IMG/VR virus record: IMGVR_UViG_3300002243_000002
Span: 1-64,000 of that record
Reading direction: 5' to 3' (one strand)
DNA from: a virus
Length of the DNA: 64,000 bases
In this document: positions 53,508 to 60,693 of the stretch, in pieces
How the letters are laid out: each line of letters opens with the position of its first letter
How positions within the stretch are numbered: position 1 is the first letter of the stretch
Position numbers and translations under genes: made by a program
The notes under the pieces: model-generated
Database searches by the model: none
Told to the model about the DNA's origin: nothing
Seen by the model: only the letters and a program-made list of their open reading frames with translations

Positions 53508-53884
53508 CTTCACTCACAAAGCGCTTCCACAGAAGCTGCCTAGTCTGCAAGTGCGCCTTCGACACAAATTTCGAGCGGCAAGTTACCTGCTGTGAGAGCT
53601 GCCGAGAAACCCGCCATATCCAGCGCCTCCGAGACACACGACGTAGGCAAGCTGCGAAGAAGTCCTACCCACACTGGAGCTCGAGCGCAGATCTACAGAT
53701 CCGCCAGATCTGCCAATCCATCTTCAATCAACTTCCCAGCACCCGCGCCGCCCTCGAGCTAGCTATGCTACGCACCGGGTTCTCGGTGAACGAGTACACC
53801 CTCGGAAACATGCTGATGCGCATGCGGGATTGTGGAACTGTCAGTTACGACAAGTCGAGCAAGATCTGGAAGAAAATGCCATGA
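53504..53884 (+). CDS. zinc-ribbon + winged-helix-like small protein
   Basis: 126 aa. N-terminal CLVCKC...CCESC. The C-terminal half (AALELAMLRTGFSVNEYTLGNMLMRMRDCGTVSYDKSSKIW) looks like a wHTH. Confidence 0.4.
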   Translation: MTSLTKRFHRSCLVCKCAFDTNFERQVTCCESCRETRHIQRLRDTRRRQAAKKSYPHWSSSADLQIRQICQSIFNQLPSTRAALELAMLRTGFSVNEYTLGNMLMRMRDCGTVSYDKSSKIWKKMP

Positions 53885-53920
53885 GCCGCTACAAATGGGC
53901 CCCATCAACAATTTTCCCAC

Positions 53921-53949
53921 TTGACAGCGCTCCAGATATCCATTACATT
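53921..53949 (+). promoter_or_regulatory. sigma70-like promoter candidate
   Basis: TTGACA (53921-53926), a 17-nt spacer, then TACATT (53944-53949). It lies in the gap after the 53504-53884 gene. Confidence 0.4.
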
Positions 53950-53983
53950 TGAGAAGAGACGGTATGCCAGCGATACGACTACA

Positions 53984-54220
53984 ATGTTCCTGCCCTGCGA
54001 AAGATGCCGGGGGGCCTCCCACCCCGGTGCCGGTCTCGCCGCCGGCTTAGAGTGCGGTCCCTACTGCTGGACCTGCGCTATGGAGCTCGTCGTACTCAGA
54101 GAAGCCAGAGAGTCCGAAGAGGCTGAGGCCCTAACTCCGGCAACCCTGATCAAGATCCCCAAGGAACCTACCGAACTCGCACCAGAGTTCATCAAGGATT
54201 GCTCTTGTAAAGCTGCATAA
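53984..54220 (+). CDS. small Cys-rich hypothetical protein
   Basis: The track ORF starts at a TTG that coincides with the promoter-like -35. The first in-frame ATG at 53984 gives MFLPCERCRG...CGPYCWTC... (78 aa). Confidence 0.35.
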   Translation: MFLPCERCRGASHPGAGLAAGLECGPYCWTCAMELVVLREARESEEAEALTPATLIKIPKEPTELAPEFIKDCSCKAA

Positions 54221-54243
54221 TCCTTAGAGAAAGGCTGCTAGAA

Positions 54244-54753
54244 ATGCTGAGCCATGCCATCTTTCTATCTGTCCTGGTCTCCGTCTCTCCTACGAAGCTT
54301 GCCGATGAAATACTCCGTCTTGCTCCGCATCTCGAACCCGTGGTGGCTCGATCCTATGCCAAGCACATCGTCCGTGAATGCCAGGCTCACCAGCTTGATC
54401 CACTCCTCATGACCTCGATCATCCACCACGAGACCGGGCACAGCTGGCGAGCAAGCGTGAAGAGTCTCACTCATGATTATGGACTCGGACAGGTTCATGT
54501 CTCGAAGACGAGCAACGCGCACCTGCTCGGCTTCGAAGAAGTCCTCTTCGATCCAGCAACCAATCTCAAATACGCAGCGGGAATCCTAGCCATGTGGAGA
54601 AACTACCACTTCCGAAAATGCCCGACCGCGCACCTGCATCCCTTCTGGAGCCACTATCAATGGGGCTATCGTGTTCGAGATTCCAAGTGGACGAAGAAGA
54701 TCGGAAAGACCTACACCGAGCTCCAGGCACGCCTCTCTAGTAGCTCGGTCTGA
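54244..54753 (+). CDS. lytic transglycosylase (SLT domain) with hydrophobic N-terminus
   Basis: 169 aa. Motifs IIHHETG, DYGLGQV and NLKYAAGILAMW fit the SLT pattern (E-S/T, GLMQ, N...G..YL). The N-terminal MLSHAIFLSVLVSVSP could be a signal or signal-arrest-release segment. Confidence 0.65.
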   Translation: MLSHAIFLSVLVSVSPTKLADEILRLAPHLEPVVARSYAKHIVRECQAHQLDPLLMTSIIHHETGHSWRASVKSLTHDYGLGQVHVSKTSNAHLLGFEEVLFDPATNLKYAAGILAMWRNYHFRKCPTAHLHPFWSHYQWGYRVRDSKWTKKIGKTYTELQARLSSSSV

Positions 54754-54937
54754 AGAAGCAGCTCTCCCAGATAAACGAAAAGCCCAGCCACCTTATGTGA
54801 TTCGGTAGGGGCGGCAGAATGCTGTAGGTTTCCGGTTCCATATCGGCATCAAACGGTACAAGTGGTGACAGAATGTAGTGCACTTCTACAACCTCGTACT
54901 CCTCTACCACGATGCTCCTCAACATCCCACTTTACCA

Positions 54938-55234
54938 TCACTTCTTCAGGTGCTTGAAGAACTCGACCTGGCGCTCGCGCTTCTTGACCTCCGCCTCGGA
55001 GGGTTTCGACTTCCAGCGACGGAGGACGCGAGTTCCGTCCTGGGATCTCAGCACCCATGCATCGCCCTCCTTGCGAAGTACTTTGGCCACCTCGACTGTC
55101 GGCAGGTCATCGAGAGCCTCCAGGTCCAAATCGGGAAGATCTCCCAAGTCCCTCGCCAGGTCGAGCGCCTCGGCAGATTCGAGGTGGGCGATCTCAGCCT
55201 CGGTCAGATCCCTTGCCAGGTCGAGCTCGTCCAT
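54938..55234 (-). CDS. bipartite small protein: acidic LDLARDL-repeat N-half, basic C-half
   Basis: 98 aa, starting 4 nt after the C1 peptidase stop. Contains LDLARDL twice plus DLPDLDLEALDDLP. The C-terminus is KVLRKEGDAWVLRSQDGTRVLRRWKSKPSEAEVKKRERQ. Confidence 0.5.
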   Translation of the reverse strand: MDELDLARDLTEAEIAHLESAEALDLARDLGDLPDLDLEALDDLPTVEVAKVLRKEGDAWVLRSQDGTRVLRRWKSKPSEAEVKKRERQVEFFKHLKK

Positions 55235-55238
55235 CTTC

Positions 55239-56057
55239 CTACTCCACCCGGAAGAGATCGGTGTCGATGAAGTTGGCCTTGATCACCGCCCAGAAGTCGT
55301 CCGCGTAGCCCTTCTCGATGTAGCTATAGGGCAACCAGCCGTACCCCCGCTCTCCCCAAGAGGTCCCCCAGGAGTTCCGGATGCGAAGAGCCTTCTTGGT
55401 GTCGTCGTAGCCGACGCACATCACAGCGTGCCCGCCCTCGACGGAATCTGCCGGCGTCGGCTCCGGTATCCACGAGTCATCCGAGATGGAGCTGAACACC
55501 GAGAAGCCGAACATGAACGGCAGGCCACCCGCCAGGTGCTGCAAGAGCACCTCGAGCTGGGTCTGCCCAGTCCCCGCCACAGGGGCAAGCCTGTAATAGT
55601 TGTAAGCCTTGTAGTCCCCCGCGAGCGCGTAGATGAACGGGTCCGGCTCCTTGTCGAAGTCTGCGATCTTGTAGGGCCACAGCTTCTCAGGAGGCACTCC
55701 GAGCATCAGCATGGCCTGGATGGTCGTGCGGATGTAGCAACCCTCGTCGCCACGGATTCCAGCGAGCTTGCGGGAGACCTTGTAAAGGAAGAGGCGCGAC
55801 ATGTCCAAGTACTTATTGTAGACTCGACGTTGGCTCCACTCGAGCAAGCCAACGCCCGCATTCGCGGTGCAGGAGCCGAGCTCTTCCTGGTCCTCGATGG
55901 GCGAACAGTACTCGCTGAGATCTTTCGAGGCTGGTCGCGAGGACAGCGCTCGTAAGAAGGGGGCACTGCGCACCAGGATCTTGTGCACGTCTGGATGCCC
56001 CAGGGTGAAGTCCCGAGGATCTGGTAGGTCTCTTCGCCAGCCGAACGAACGTTTCAT
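55239..56057 (-). CDS. papain-family cysteine peptidase (Peptidase_C1)
   Basis: 272 aa. Catalytic motifs in the canonical order: IEDQEELGSCTANA (Cys63), GGHAVMCVGYDD (His), IRNSWGTSWGERGYGWLPY (Asn/Trp). No signal peptide and no long prodomain. Confidence 0.8.
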   Translation of the reverse strand: MKRSFGWRRDLPDPRDFTLGHPDVHKILVRSAPFLRALSSRPASKDLSEYCSPIEDQEELGSCTANAGVGLLEWSQRRVYNKYLDMSRLFLYKVSRKLAGIRGDEGCYIRTTIQAMLMLGVPPEKLWPYKIADFDKEPDPFIYALAGDYKAYNYYRLAPVAGTGQTQLEVLLQHLAGGLPFMFGFSVFSSISDDSWIPEPTPADSVEGGHAVMCVGYDDTKKALRIRNSWGTSWGERGYGWLPYSYIEKGYADDFWAVIKANFIDTDLFRVE

Positions 56058-56102
56058 TGGATGCTATCTCCTTCCGAGCAGAGTATCACAGGGAGTAACG
56101 CT

Positions 56103-56423
56103 CTAGCCACCTCCTTTGGGCTGCTCCTCCCAGGAGTCTTTAAACGCGGGGAGCTTCTTCTCGTCCCCGAATTCTTTTTGGTCCTCCTGGACGCTGCGCT
56201 CCGCGTCTCGATCCACCTGAACTTTAGGCACTAGCCTCGGCCCTGCTGCCGTGAGGACGAGCTCGCAGGGGCCCTTCCAAGCTAGCAGCGAGGCTGCCAA
56301 ATCGAGGACAGCCGCCACAGTCGCCGAGGGCCCAGACTTCCCAAGCTCGCTCTGGAGATGCTCCAGCTGCGCCCAAGCTTTCCCATCGAAGCTGATGGTC
56401 CTATGATACTTTGAAGACTTCAT
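56103..56423 (-). CDS. small protein, possibly ribbon-helix-helix DNA-binding
   Basis: 106 aa with GAGGAG 7 nt upstream. HRTISFDGKAWAQLEHLQSELG...ATVAAVLDLAA is compatible with an RHH fold. First gene after the AT-rich island. Confidence 0.4.
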   Translation of the reverse strand: MKSSKYHRTISFDGKAWAQLEHLQSELGKSGPSATVAAVLDLAASLLAWKGPCELVLTAAGPRLVPKVQVDRDAERSVQEDQKEFGDEKKLPAFKDSWEEQPKGGG

Positions 56424-56533
56424 CGCGAAAACTCCTCAATTTTCGTGCATTTATTCTACTATCTTCCTGTTTATTCCCAGTTTATTCTAGTAATCTATTT
56501 GAAATAACTAGTATTTATCCGATTCAATTTTAA
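56424..56533. promoter_or_regulatory. AT-rich intergenic island with short direct repeats (promoter/operator or origin-like)
   Basis: The most AT-rich stretch of the window. TTTATTC occurs at 56450, 56470 and 56481. TTCCTGTTTA occurs at 56464 and 56543. Palindrome TATTTGAAATA at 56496-56506. Confidence 0.5.
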
Positions 56534-56716
56534 TTATTTACTTTCCTGTTTACTTGGTTTACCCTCGGCGTTGGCCCCGGGGGTGTGGGTGGTGGATATG
56601 GGAGGCTCCCTCTGGATACCCAGCTTGCCGACATCCAGCGTGCAAGTCTCCGGCATCCAGGCCCAGCGAAGCAATCGATGCCATTGCTCCTCCGTCAGCG
56701 GCTTGAGCTCAAACAT
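56534..56716 (-). CDS. small hypothetical protein
   Basis: 60-aa ORF overlapping the upstream gene by 8 nt. Confidence 0.35.
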   Translation of the reverse strand: MFELKPLTEEQWHRLLRWAWMPETCTLDVGKLGIQREPPISTTHTPGANAEGKPSKQESK

Positions 56717-57326
56717 GAAGTGACCCTTCCAGCATCCCTGCTATGACAAAAGCATGCCCCATGATGCGTGATGGATTGTTAATTACCTGCTGCAGCGACA
56801 TGCCTAGCGCCACGTGATCGTAGCCATCGAAGTCCCACAGCCACAGGTCCTGCCCTCGCTGTTCGGCCATCTTCGCCTGGATCCGCAGCCGCTGGAAAGC
56901 TTGCGTGCTCTGGCACGCCTGGGTATAGAGCGGGATGAAGATCTGCTTTCTTGCCTCTACGTAATCATATTGCCGGCGGCAATCTCCGAGGGAGGGATCC
57001 TGCTCCAGCTGCCAGTAGACGTACATCGGCTGGACACCGTTGCCCATCGGATATCTCTGCGCTCTCGGGTTTGCCCAGCCTGCCCGCGCCCACGTGAACC
57101 AGTCAAGACTTGGCCAGCCATCTGGACCAAGATGCCTCGAGTAGACCTTGGAGTACTGCCAGCCATTCTCGACGGTCTTGGACATCCAACCGCACCAGAG
57201 CTTCACAGGTCCCAGGATGAACGGAGAAAGCCCTTGCGTCCACGTTCTCGATCTGGAGGTCGTGTCGATCACGAGCTCGCCTTGTGGCGGCTGCCTTGGC
57301 TCCCCCGGTCCGGTCACTCGGATCAT
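56709..57326 (-). CDS. conserved-looking hypothetical protein; motif order loosely NADAR-like
   Basis: 205 aa. GLSPFILGPVKLWCGWMSKTVENGWQYSKVY recalls LSNF....f...G..y.svEh.yQa.K of NADAR/YbiA. The rest of the match is weak. Confidence 0.3.
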   Translation of the reverse strand: MIRVTGPGEPRQPPQGELVIDTTSRSRTWTQGLSPFILGPVKLWCGWMSKTVENGWQYSKVYSRHLGPDGWPSLDWFTWARAGWANPRAQRYPMGNGVQPMYVYWQLEQDPSLGDCRRQYDYVEARKQIFIPLYTQACQSTQAFQRLRIQAKMAEQRGQDLWLWDFDGYDHVALGMSLQQVINNPSRIMGHAFVIAGMLEGSLHV

Positions 57327-57327
57327 C

Positions 57328-57780
57328 TTACACCTTCACAATGAAAAGACCCTTAGATGTTCCCAGGCGCGATAGTAGCTCTCGGTAATCGTCGGCGTCC
57401 GCAACGAGCGTGCCATCTCGTAGTGCAACCCATTGCCCCCTGTATGCCACCTTGTTGGTCACGAGCCATTCGTAGTTTGCCTTTGTGGCTGGCGATGCAG
57501 GAACGGGCGGCCCCGCACAGCGTGGGGGTGCAAGCAGCTCGGCCAGACGGCGAAGGTCGGGATCGTCCGGATACTGAGCAAAACCTTTCTCCGTCAACCA
57601 ATGCGCCAGCCGTACCAGCCCTAGCTTCAGTGCGGTGCGTATTGCCTCGATATGTTTCTCGGGCGTTATGGCTACGGAGTCCATCCTGGCCTCGGAGTCC
57701 CAAACGCAGTCCACCGCGCGAACTCCGTGGCTTAGCACCTCTTCAACAGCACATCTCTTCTCGGCCAAATGCTTGCTCAT
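57328..57780 (-). CDS. hypothetical protein with C-terminal DUF5678-like module
   Basis: 150 aa. The C-terminus YEWLVTNKVAYRGQWVALRDGTLVADADDYRELLSRL fits the small y.GkWVAi.dg.vv motif. Confidence 0.4.
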   Translation of the reverse strand: MSKHLAEKRCAVEEVLSHGVRAVDCVWDSEARMDSVAITPEKHIEAIRTALKLGLVRLAHWLTEKGFAQYPDDPDLRRLAELLAPPRCAGPPVPASPATKANYEWLVTNKVAYRGQWVALRDGTLVADADDYRELLSRLGTSKGLFIVKV

Positions 57781-57896
57781 CGCAGTGCTCCATAGAGGAC
57801 GCCAGCTAGGGCACCGAGCATCACCAGCATTCCGAGGATCAGCATCACCTTATTGCCAGTCGAAGACTTCCAGACTTGCATGATGAAATCAATCAT
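57777..57896 (-). CDS. 39-aa single-TM micro-protein
   Basis: Not in the ORF track (under 60 aa). MIDFIMQVWKSSTGNKVMLILGMLVMLGALAGVLYGALR. Its ATG forms ATGA with the upstream stop (57893-57896), and its TGA forms ATGA with the downstream start (57777-57780). Confidence 0.5.
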   Translation of the reverse strand: MIDFIMQVWKSSTGNKVMLILGMLVMLGALAGVLYGALR

Positions 57897-58378
57897 TTTG
57901 ACCCACTCGCTTTCTCTTCTGCTTCTTCGCATTCGGGGCAGATGCTAGTCGAAATGCACTCGGGGCAGCCTGTGCGTCCGCATCTCGAACAGGAAAGCCT
58001 TCGCCAGTTCTTGTTCTCGTCGCGCTCGAGGGCTGCGGCGCAGTAATCGCAGCGCTCTGACTGTACGAGTGTGAGCAATAGCGCATTCCGTGGGATGCAT
58101 AGGCGCTTTCGAAGCGTCCGGCCACGTGCGCCGACCACCATATCTTTGGCCACGATGTAGCGGTGCTCCTCATATGGCTGTCCATTGCTGCGCAACGTGG
58201 AAAGTGCGTACTTTTCCGAGACCTCCTTGGTAGTCATGCCCAGTGAGCCACAATGTCTCAGGAATGCGGAAAGCGGAACGTCTCCAGGTTGCACCTCCAA
58301 CAGTACCTCACCTTCGATCACCGGTGCCTTCGGGGACGGTCGCCAGCAAACTCGATCTCGCTCGCGAAATCTAGGCAT
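57893..58378 (-). CDS. hypothetical protein with C-terminal multi-CxxC zinc-binding motif
   Basis: 161 aa. Contains CDYCAA...CSRCGRTGCPECISTSICPEC. Confidence 0.45.
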   Translation of the reverse strand: MPRFRERDRVCWRPSPKAPVIEGEVLLEVQPGDVPLSAFLRHCGSLGMTTKEVSEKYALSTLRSNGQPYEEHRYIVAKDMVVGARGRTLRKRLCIPRNALLLTLVQSERCDYCAAALERDENKNWRRLSCSRCGRTGCPECISTSICPECEEAEEKASGSK

Positions 58379-58380
58379 CC

Positions 58381-58539
58381 TTACAAAAGTTCCTTAGCGT
58401 AGCAGCATTGTGCTTGAAAAGCTTCTTCAAGGGAGCTAAAGGGCCCGTGAAGTCGCTCCGCCTCGTCGGGGAAGTACCAACCCGGGCCATCCCACCAGCC
58501 ATCATTCTCCGAGCCTTCCGGCTGCTGGAAGATACACAT
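58381..58539 (-). CDS. small hypothetical protein (start uncertain)
   Basis: The long track ORF would overlap the upstream gene. The ATG at 58539 gives MCIFQQPEGSENDGWWDGPGWYFPDEAERLHGPFSSLEEAFQAQ.... The alternative frame 58371-58562 looks like basic low complexity. Confidence 0.35.
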   Translation of the reverse strand: MCIFQQPEGSENDGWWDGPGWYFPDEAERLHGPFSSLEEAFQAQCCYAKELL

Positions 58540-58574
58540 GATGCTACATAGCTGCCCCCCATTCTTCTCTCGGC

Positions 58575-58868
58575 TCACTTGAAGTACTCCCGAGCTTGGT
58601 CCACGTAGCGTTCGTAATCGGGCGACTGGTAGAGCACTCGAGGCGACTGGCATCCGAGGACAGATCCGTCTTCGAGCTCGAGGTTACCTCGCTTCGCAGC
58701 TCCGTGTCGTGCAGCCAGCCGCCAGCCCGCCAGGCCCCAACCCAGCAGATAGGCGCCGAAGAACAACGACCCGGTAATCAACCACGAGTCGAGTAGCAGC
58801 TCGAGCACGATGCCGATTGCAAGAACCACGGTCCCGATCAGGCAGATGCATTTGTGAGCTCGGCGCAT
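58575..58868 (-). CDS. two-TM membrane protein
   Basis: 97 aa. TM segments ICLIGTVVLAIGIVLELLL and ITGSLFFGAYLLGWGLAGW. Confidence 0.45.
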   Translation of the reverse strand: MRRAHKCICLIGTVVLAIGIVLELLLDSWLITGSLFFGAYLLGWGLAGWRLAARHGAAKRGNLELEDGSVLGCQSPRVLYQSPDYERYVDQAREYFK

Positions 58869-58878
58869 TTTTGTTGCC

Positions 58879-59835
58879 TCACTTCACTCCACGAGCCCAG
58901 CGAGCTCCGTAGAGGATCCCAGCCAGGAAGTCCGGGGAACTTTGTTCCAGGTTGTTGAAGGTGAAGGAAGCCATCCGAGCACGACACGCGGGTGTGACTC
59001 GCTCGGCGATGCTATCCAGCTTGGAGACTAACTCCTTCTTGGCGGGAGCCTTCAGTTTCCCAACGGAGCGTCGCACTTTTCCCAGCGAGCATCGCTCCTT
59101 ACCGTCGTTGGTGAGCTCCTTGAGCTTTTTCTCGGCATCTCCGCTATCCATCCCGGACAGCTCGAGGGCTCCGGAAGCGGAGATCTTCCCTGTCCGGATG
59201 GCACGCTTCACCACCTCCGGAAGCGCGTGCAGCTTGATGTAGTTCTCCACCGTCGACAGGGACATCCGGAACACGGTCGCCGCTGCCCGCTTGTTGCCTT
59301 GGTTGCGGCGTAGAAGCTCCACGAGCTTTTCTGCCTTCTGCAAGTCGCTCTCCTCGTGACGGTGTAGATTCTCGACGATGAGACGGACAAACTGGGTATC
59401 CGCGTCATCCTTGTCGTAGGTCAACGGCAAGAGAACAAGGGGAAGCTCCGCATCTGGCTTTCCCGGGTTGGCGAGGCGAATCCTGCGGTTGGCTTCTCGA
59501 CCGTTGATAACTCGCCAGCGACCATAGACGCATACGGGCATGCCGGCGGGGGGCTCCTTCCAGCCATCGACGGGCACCGGCGCCCTTGTGCAATCGATGG
59601 GTGTAGTACACCCGATCGCCATGAAAGTCTTGACGACATCCTCGTCAAACTTGTCACCCGCTCGGGTATCGAAGAGATGCCCGAGGGTGGGGTGATTGGG
59701 GTTGTCGACCAGATAGATGTTCTCGGGCAGCGCCACGTAAGCCGTCTTCTTGCTGGCGTACTCCTTCGTAAAGGCGTCCTTGGAGGCCCTACGGAGGGTA
59801 GCCTCGTCAATATCTGCAGTGCTGGCTTTGGTCAC
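58879..59835 (-). CDS. ParB/Spo0J-like DNA-binding protein (ParB N-terminal + HTH)
   Basis: 318 aa. IVENLHRHEESDLQKAEKLVELL...AAATVFRMSLSTVENYIKLHALPEVVKRAIRTGKISASGALELSGM matches the ParB box plus HTH pattern (EN..R..L...E.A......vA..lG.S...V.n.l.L..Lp..v...i..g.is...a..L). Confidence 0.6.
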   Translation of the reverse strand: MTKASTADIDEATLRRASKDAFTKEYASKKTAYVALPENIYLVDNPNHPTLGHLFDTRAGDKFDEDVVKTFMAIGCTTPIDCTRAPVPVDGWKEPPAGMPVCVYGRWRVINGREANRRIRLANPGKPDAELPLVLLPLTYDKDDADTQFVRLIVENLHRHEESDLQKAEKLVELLRRNQGNKRAAATVFRMSLSTVENYIKLHALPEVVKRAIRTGKISASGALELSGMDSGDAEKKLKELTNDGKERCSLGKVRRSVGKLKAPAKKELVSKLDSIAERVTPACRARMASFTFNNLEQSSPDFLAGILYGARWARGVK

Positions 59836-60062
59836 TTTACATCTCTCCTGTACTGCTCGTGCAGGTACTCGACTACCAGCTTGCGAGCTTGCTCGATTTC
59901 TTGTTCGGTAGGCCAGAGTCTCGAACAGGACCTCTTCAGCAGAAGTACACGTCCGTTGACTGCGGTAAAGGTAAGTACCAGGTCCCCAACTCCGGGTACT
60001 CCCAGGTCAACGTGAACCTGGTATGTACCTGCAGCGTCGTTGGGTGTGAGCTTCCAGGACAC
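59832..60062 (-). CDS. small hypothetical protein (GTG start)
   Basis: 76 aa with GGAGAG 8 nt upstream of the GTG at 60062. Overlaps the ParB-like start by 4 nt. Confidence 0.4.
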   Translation of the reverse strand: MSWKLTPNDAAGTYQVHVDLGVPGVGDLVLTFTAVNGRVLLLKRSCSRLWPTEQEIEQARKLVVEYLHEQYRRDVK

Positions 60063-60076
60063 TATGGGGGCTCTCC

Positions 60077-60217
60077 TCAGTCCTCGTCGGTATTCTCGAG
60101 ATCGCTCAGATCGATATTCTCGAAATCCGGGTCGTCCGGATCGATAGTGTCGTCGAGGCCGTCCAGCTCTTCGAGCCTACCGGGTTCGCCATCATTCCTT
60201 GGTGGTAGCAGCCGCAT
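60077..60217 (-). CDS. 46-aa highly acidic micro-protein
   Basis: Not in the ORF track. GGAGA lies 7 nt upstream of the ATG at 60217. MRLLPPRNDGEPGRLEELDGLDDTIDPDDPDFENIDLSDLENTDED, with about 40% D/E. Confidence 0.4.
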   Translation of the reverse strand: MRLLPPRNDGEPGRLEELDGLDDTIDPDDPDFENIDLSDLENTDED

Positions 60218-60220
60218 CTT

Positions 60221-60445
60221 TTATTCTCCCGTTCTCTTGGACAGCGCCTCCGAGAGGCTGTCGCGACCCACGGACGTGAGCCGATAAAGTCCCGGAGCGT
60301 TGTAACCGTTCAGCTCGCAGTAGCCGTCTTTAACCCAGACGCTGGCAATGCGCTCGAACTGTGCGGCCTTCACGGGAACGAACGCCCGATGATGCTTGGA
60401 CAGGAGGTACTTGGCCAGATCTCTCTGGTTCTTTCCGAGCTTCAT
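60221..60445 (-). CDS. winged-helix DNA-binding protein
   Basis: 74 aa. NQRDLAKYLLSKHH... and GLYRLTSVGRDSL resemble a wHTH recognition helix plus wing. The ATG forms ATGA with the upstream stop. Confidence 0.4.
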   Translation of the reverse strand: MKLGKNQRDLAKYLLSKHHRAFVPVKAAQFERIASVWVKDGYCELNGYNAPGLYRLTSVGRDSLSEALSKRTGE

Positions 60446-60684
60446 TTTGAGAGGTCCTCTTTCTCTTCCTCGTCATCGAGGATCTTGGTCGGCTCCTCGA
60501 TGACGAGGGGCTGAACGATTGACTCTTTGAGCACGTCGACGAAGATCTCCTCGTCGTCGAAAATGGTGATGACGCCACGCTGGACATCATCCTGGAACTT
60601 GCCACGGAAACGATCCTCCCACGAGCAGCTGTTTTCCTCGACGTAGATGCGAGGCTGCTCGGAAAGATCAAAGGTTGGGCGCAT
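60442..60684 (-). CDS. small acidic hypothetical protein
   Basis: 80 aa, D/E-rich (…ITIFDDEEIFVDVLKE…ILDDEEEKEDLSK). Confidence 0.4.
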   Translation of the reverse strand: MRPTFDLSEQPRIYVEENSCSWEDRFRGKFQDDVQRGVITIFDDEEIFVDVLKESIVQPLVIEEPTKILDDEEEKEDLSK

Positions 60685-60693
60685 GTTCTTTCT

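Noticed and set aside
58371-58562. 63-aa ORF (MGGSYVASCVSSSSRKARRMMAGG...) as the real gene in this slot.
   Set aside because: Its composition is basic low complexity. The overlapping frame gives a more protein-like product (…GWWDGPGWYFPDEAERLHGPFSSLEEA…). Both remain uncertain.
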